Assembly (NCBI GenBank): GCA_030390025.1
Contig: CM059425.1
Span: forward strand, 169,696,001 to 169,760,000
Reading direction: 5' to 3'
Origin: Squalus acanthias
Taxonomy: Eukaryota
DNA length: 64,000 nt
The position numbers and the translations under genes are program-made. Positions within the stretch are counted from its first letter, which is position 1. Every line of letters starts with the position of its first letter. This document shows positions 62,608-64,000 of this stretch, one piece after another. Below the pieces are notes generated by a model. It was given only the letters and a program-made list of their open reading frames with translations, searched no databases and was not told where the DNA came from.

Positions 62608-64000
62608 AAGTAATATGTGACCTCCCTATTTTTCCTACTAAAATGTAATATCTCACATTTATCTGTGTTGAAATTCATTTGCCAATGATATGCCCATCCT
62701 ACAAGTTTATTAATGTCTTCCTGTAAATTGTTGCAGTCCTCCTCAGTATTGACTATCCCCCCCAATTTGGTGTCTTCCGCAAATTTAGAAATTATGTTTT
62801 TGATTCCAAAGTCTAAATCGTTAATACAAATTGTGAACAACAGTGGTCCCAGCACTGATCCTGGTGGAACACCACTTCCCACCTTCTGCTACTCTGAAAA
62901 ACTACATTGTACCCTGACTCTTTGCTTTTTGTCTAAAAGCCAGCCAGCTATCCATTCTGCTACTTGTCCCCTGACTCCGCATTCTCTGACCTTATTCATT
63001 AGTCTATTATGTGGTACCTTATCGAAGGCCTTTTGAAATTTTGATAAATTACATCCACTGCATTACCCTTGTCTAGTCTCTCTGTTACCTCTTCAAAAAA
63101 TTCAATGAGGTTGGTCAAGCAAGACTTTCCCTTTTGAAATCCATGTTGACTATTCATTATTATATTTTGGGTTTCTAGATGCTCTTCTATTTTCTCCTTT
63201 AGTAGGGATTCCATTATTTTTCCTACCACCGATGTTAAGCTGACTGGTCTATAGTTCCCTGGACATATTCTATCTCCCTTCTTAAATATAGGTATTACAT
63301 TAACTATCCGCCAGTCCTCTGGCACTACACCTTTTTCTAATTAATTATTAAATATGTGTATTAATGCCTCTGCTATCTCTTCCCTAGATTATTTTAAAAT
63401 GCGTGGATGCAATCCATCCAGACCAGGGGTTTTATCCTCTTTGAGTTTGATTATTTTATTTAATATATCTCCTCTTTTTATTTAAATGCAGTTATCCCAT
63501 TCCTAATCTCATCATCCAATATCATGTCTACCTGTTCTATCTGCCTGATAAATACCGAAGCAAAGTAATTATTTAATATTCTACCATCTCTCTATCGCTG
63601 CCTGTGGTATTATCCTGTCCAACCTTTCGTGGCCCTCTTCCCATCCTGACCTTTTTTTATTTATGTGCCTGTAAAATATTTTACTATTTTGTTTTATGTT
63701 CCTTGATAATTTAATTTCATAGTACCTCTTTGCTTTCCTAATTGTTTTGTTGACTTCTCTCCTAATCTCTTCATATTCTTCCTTAACATACTCTCCCCTG
63801 CTGTCCATGTACTTAATGTGTGCCTCTTTCCTTACCCTCAATTTTTCCCTTATGTCTTTATTCATCCATAGTATCTCATTAGTGTTTAGCTTGTTCTTGT
63901 TTTTTAGCGGAATATATTTTTCCTGGACTCTGTTGAACACCATTTTAAATGTTTCCCATTGCTGTTCTAGATCATTGTTTGCCAATATCGTTGCCCATTT
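62608..64000 (-). mobile_element. Older CR1 ORF2 fragment running off the window
   Basis: GNYRPVSLTS, QHGF and GVPPGSVLGP motifs with frameshifts. Confidence 0.92.

Overview
Eukaryotic, transposon-saturated genomic DNA. It is probably from a cartilaginous fish, inferred from the CR1/L2/RTE/Penelope/Harbinger/Deu-type SINE repertoire. Most of the window resolves into nested mobile elements, many with readable TIRs and target-site duplications (TSDs). These include at least six PIF/Harbinger elements (HARBI1-like DDE transposase plus a convergent 3-exon Myb/SANT gene), about ten CR1 LINE copies (one nearly intact and full length), two RTE copies (one with a 5' inversion), a 1.6-kb solo LTR and Penelope-like (GIY-YIG) sequences. 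The most notable signals are: (1) four minimal type I hammerhead ribozyme motifs in Penelope-like repeats, with covariation support, one of them in a 172-bp TSD-flanked non-coding insertion; (2) a ~570-bp head-to-head Penelope palindrome; (3) a transposase-less Harbinger whose spliced Myb gene is fully open (448 aa) once one CR1 insertion is removed; (4) a non-autonomous Harbinger family carrying a captured Penelope hairpin. At the right end a CpG-rich promoter and probable first exon (minus strand) is followed by a 3.9-kb G-quadruplex-prone 30-bp minisatellite. The host gene could not be identified, and its candidate exons are low confidence.
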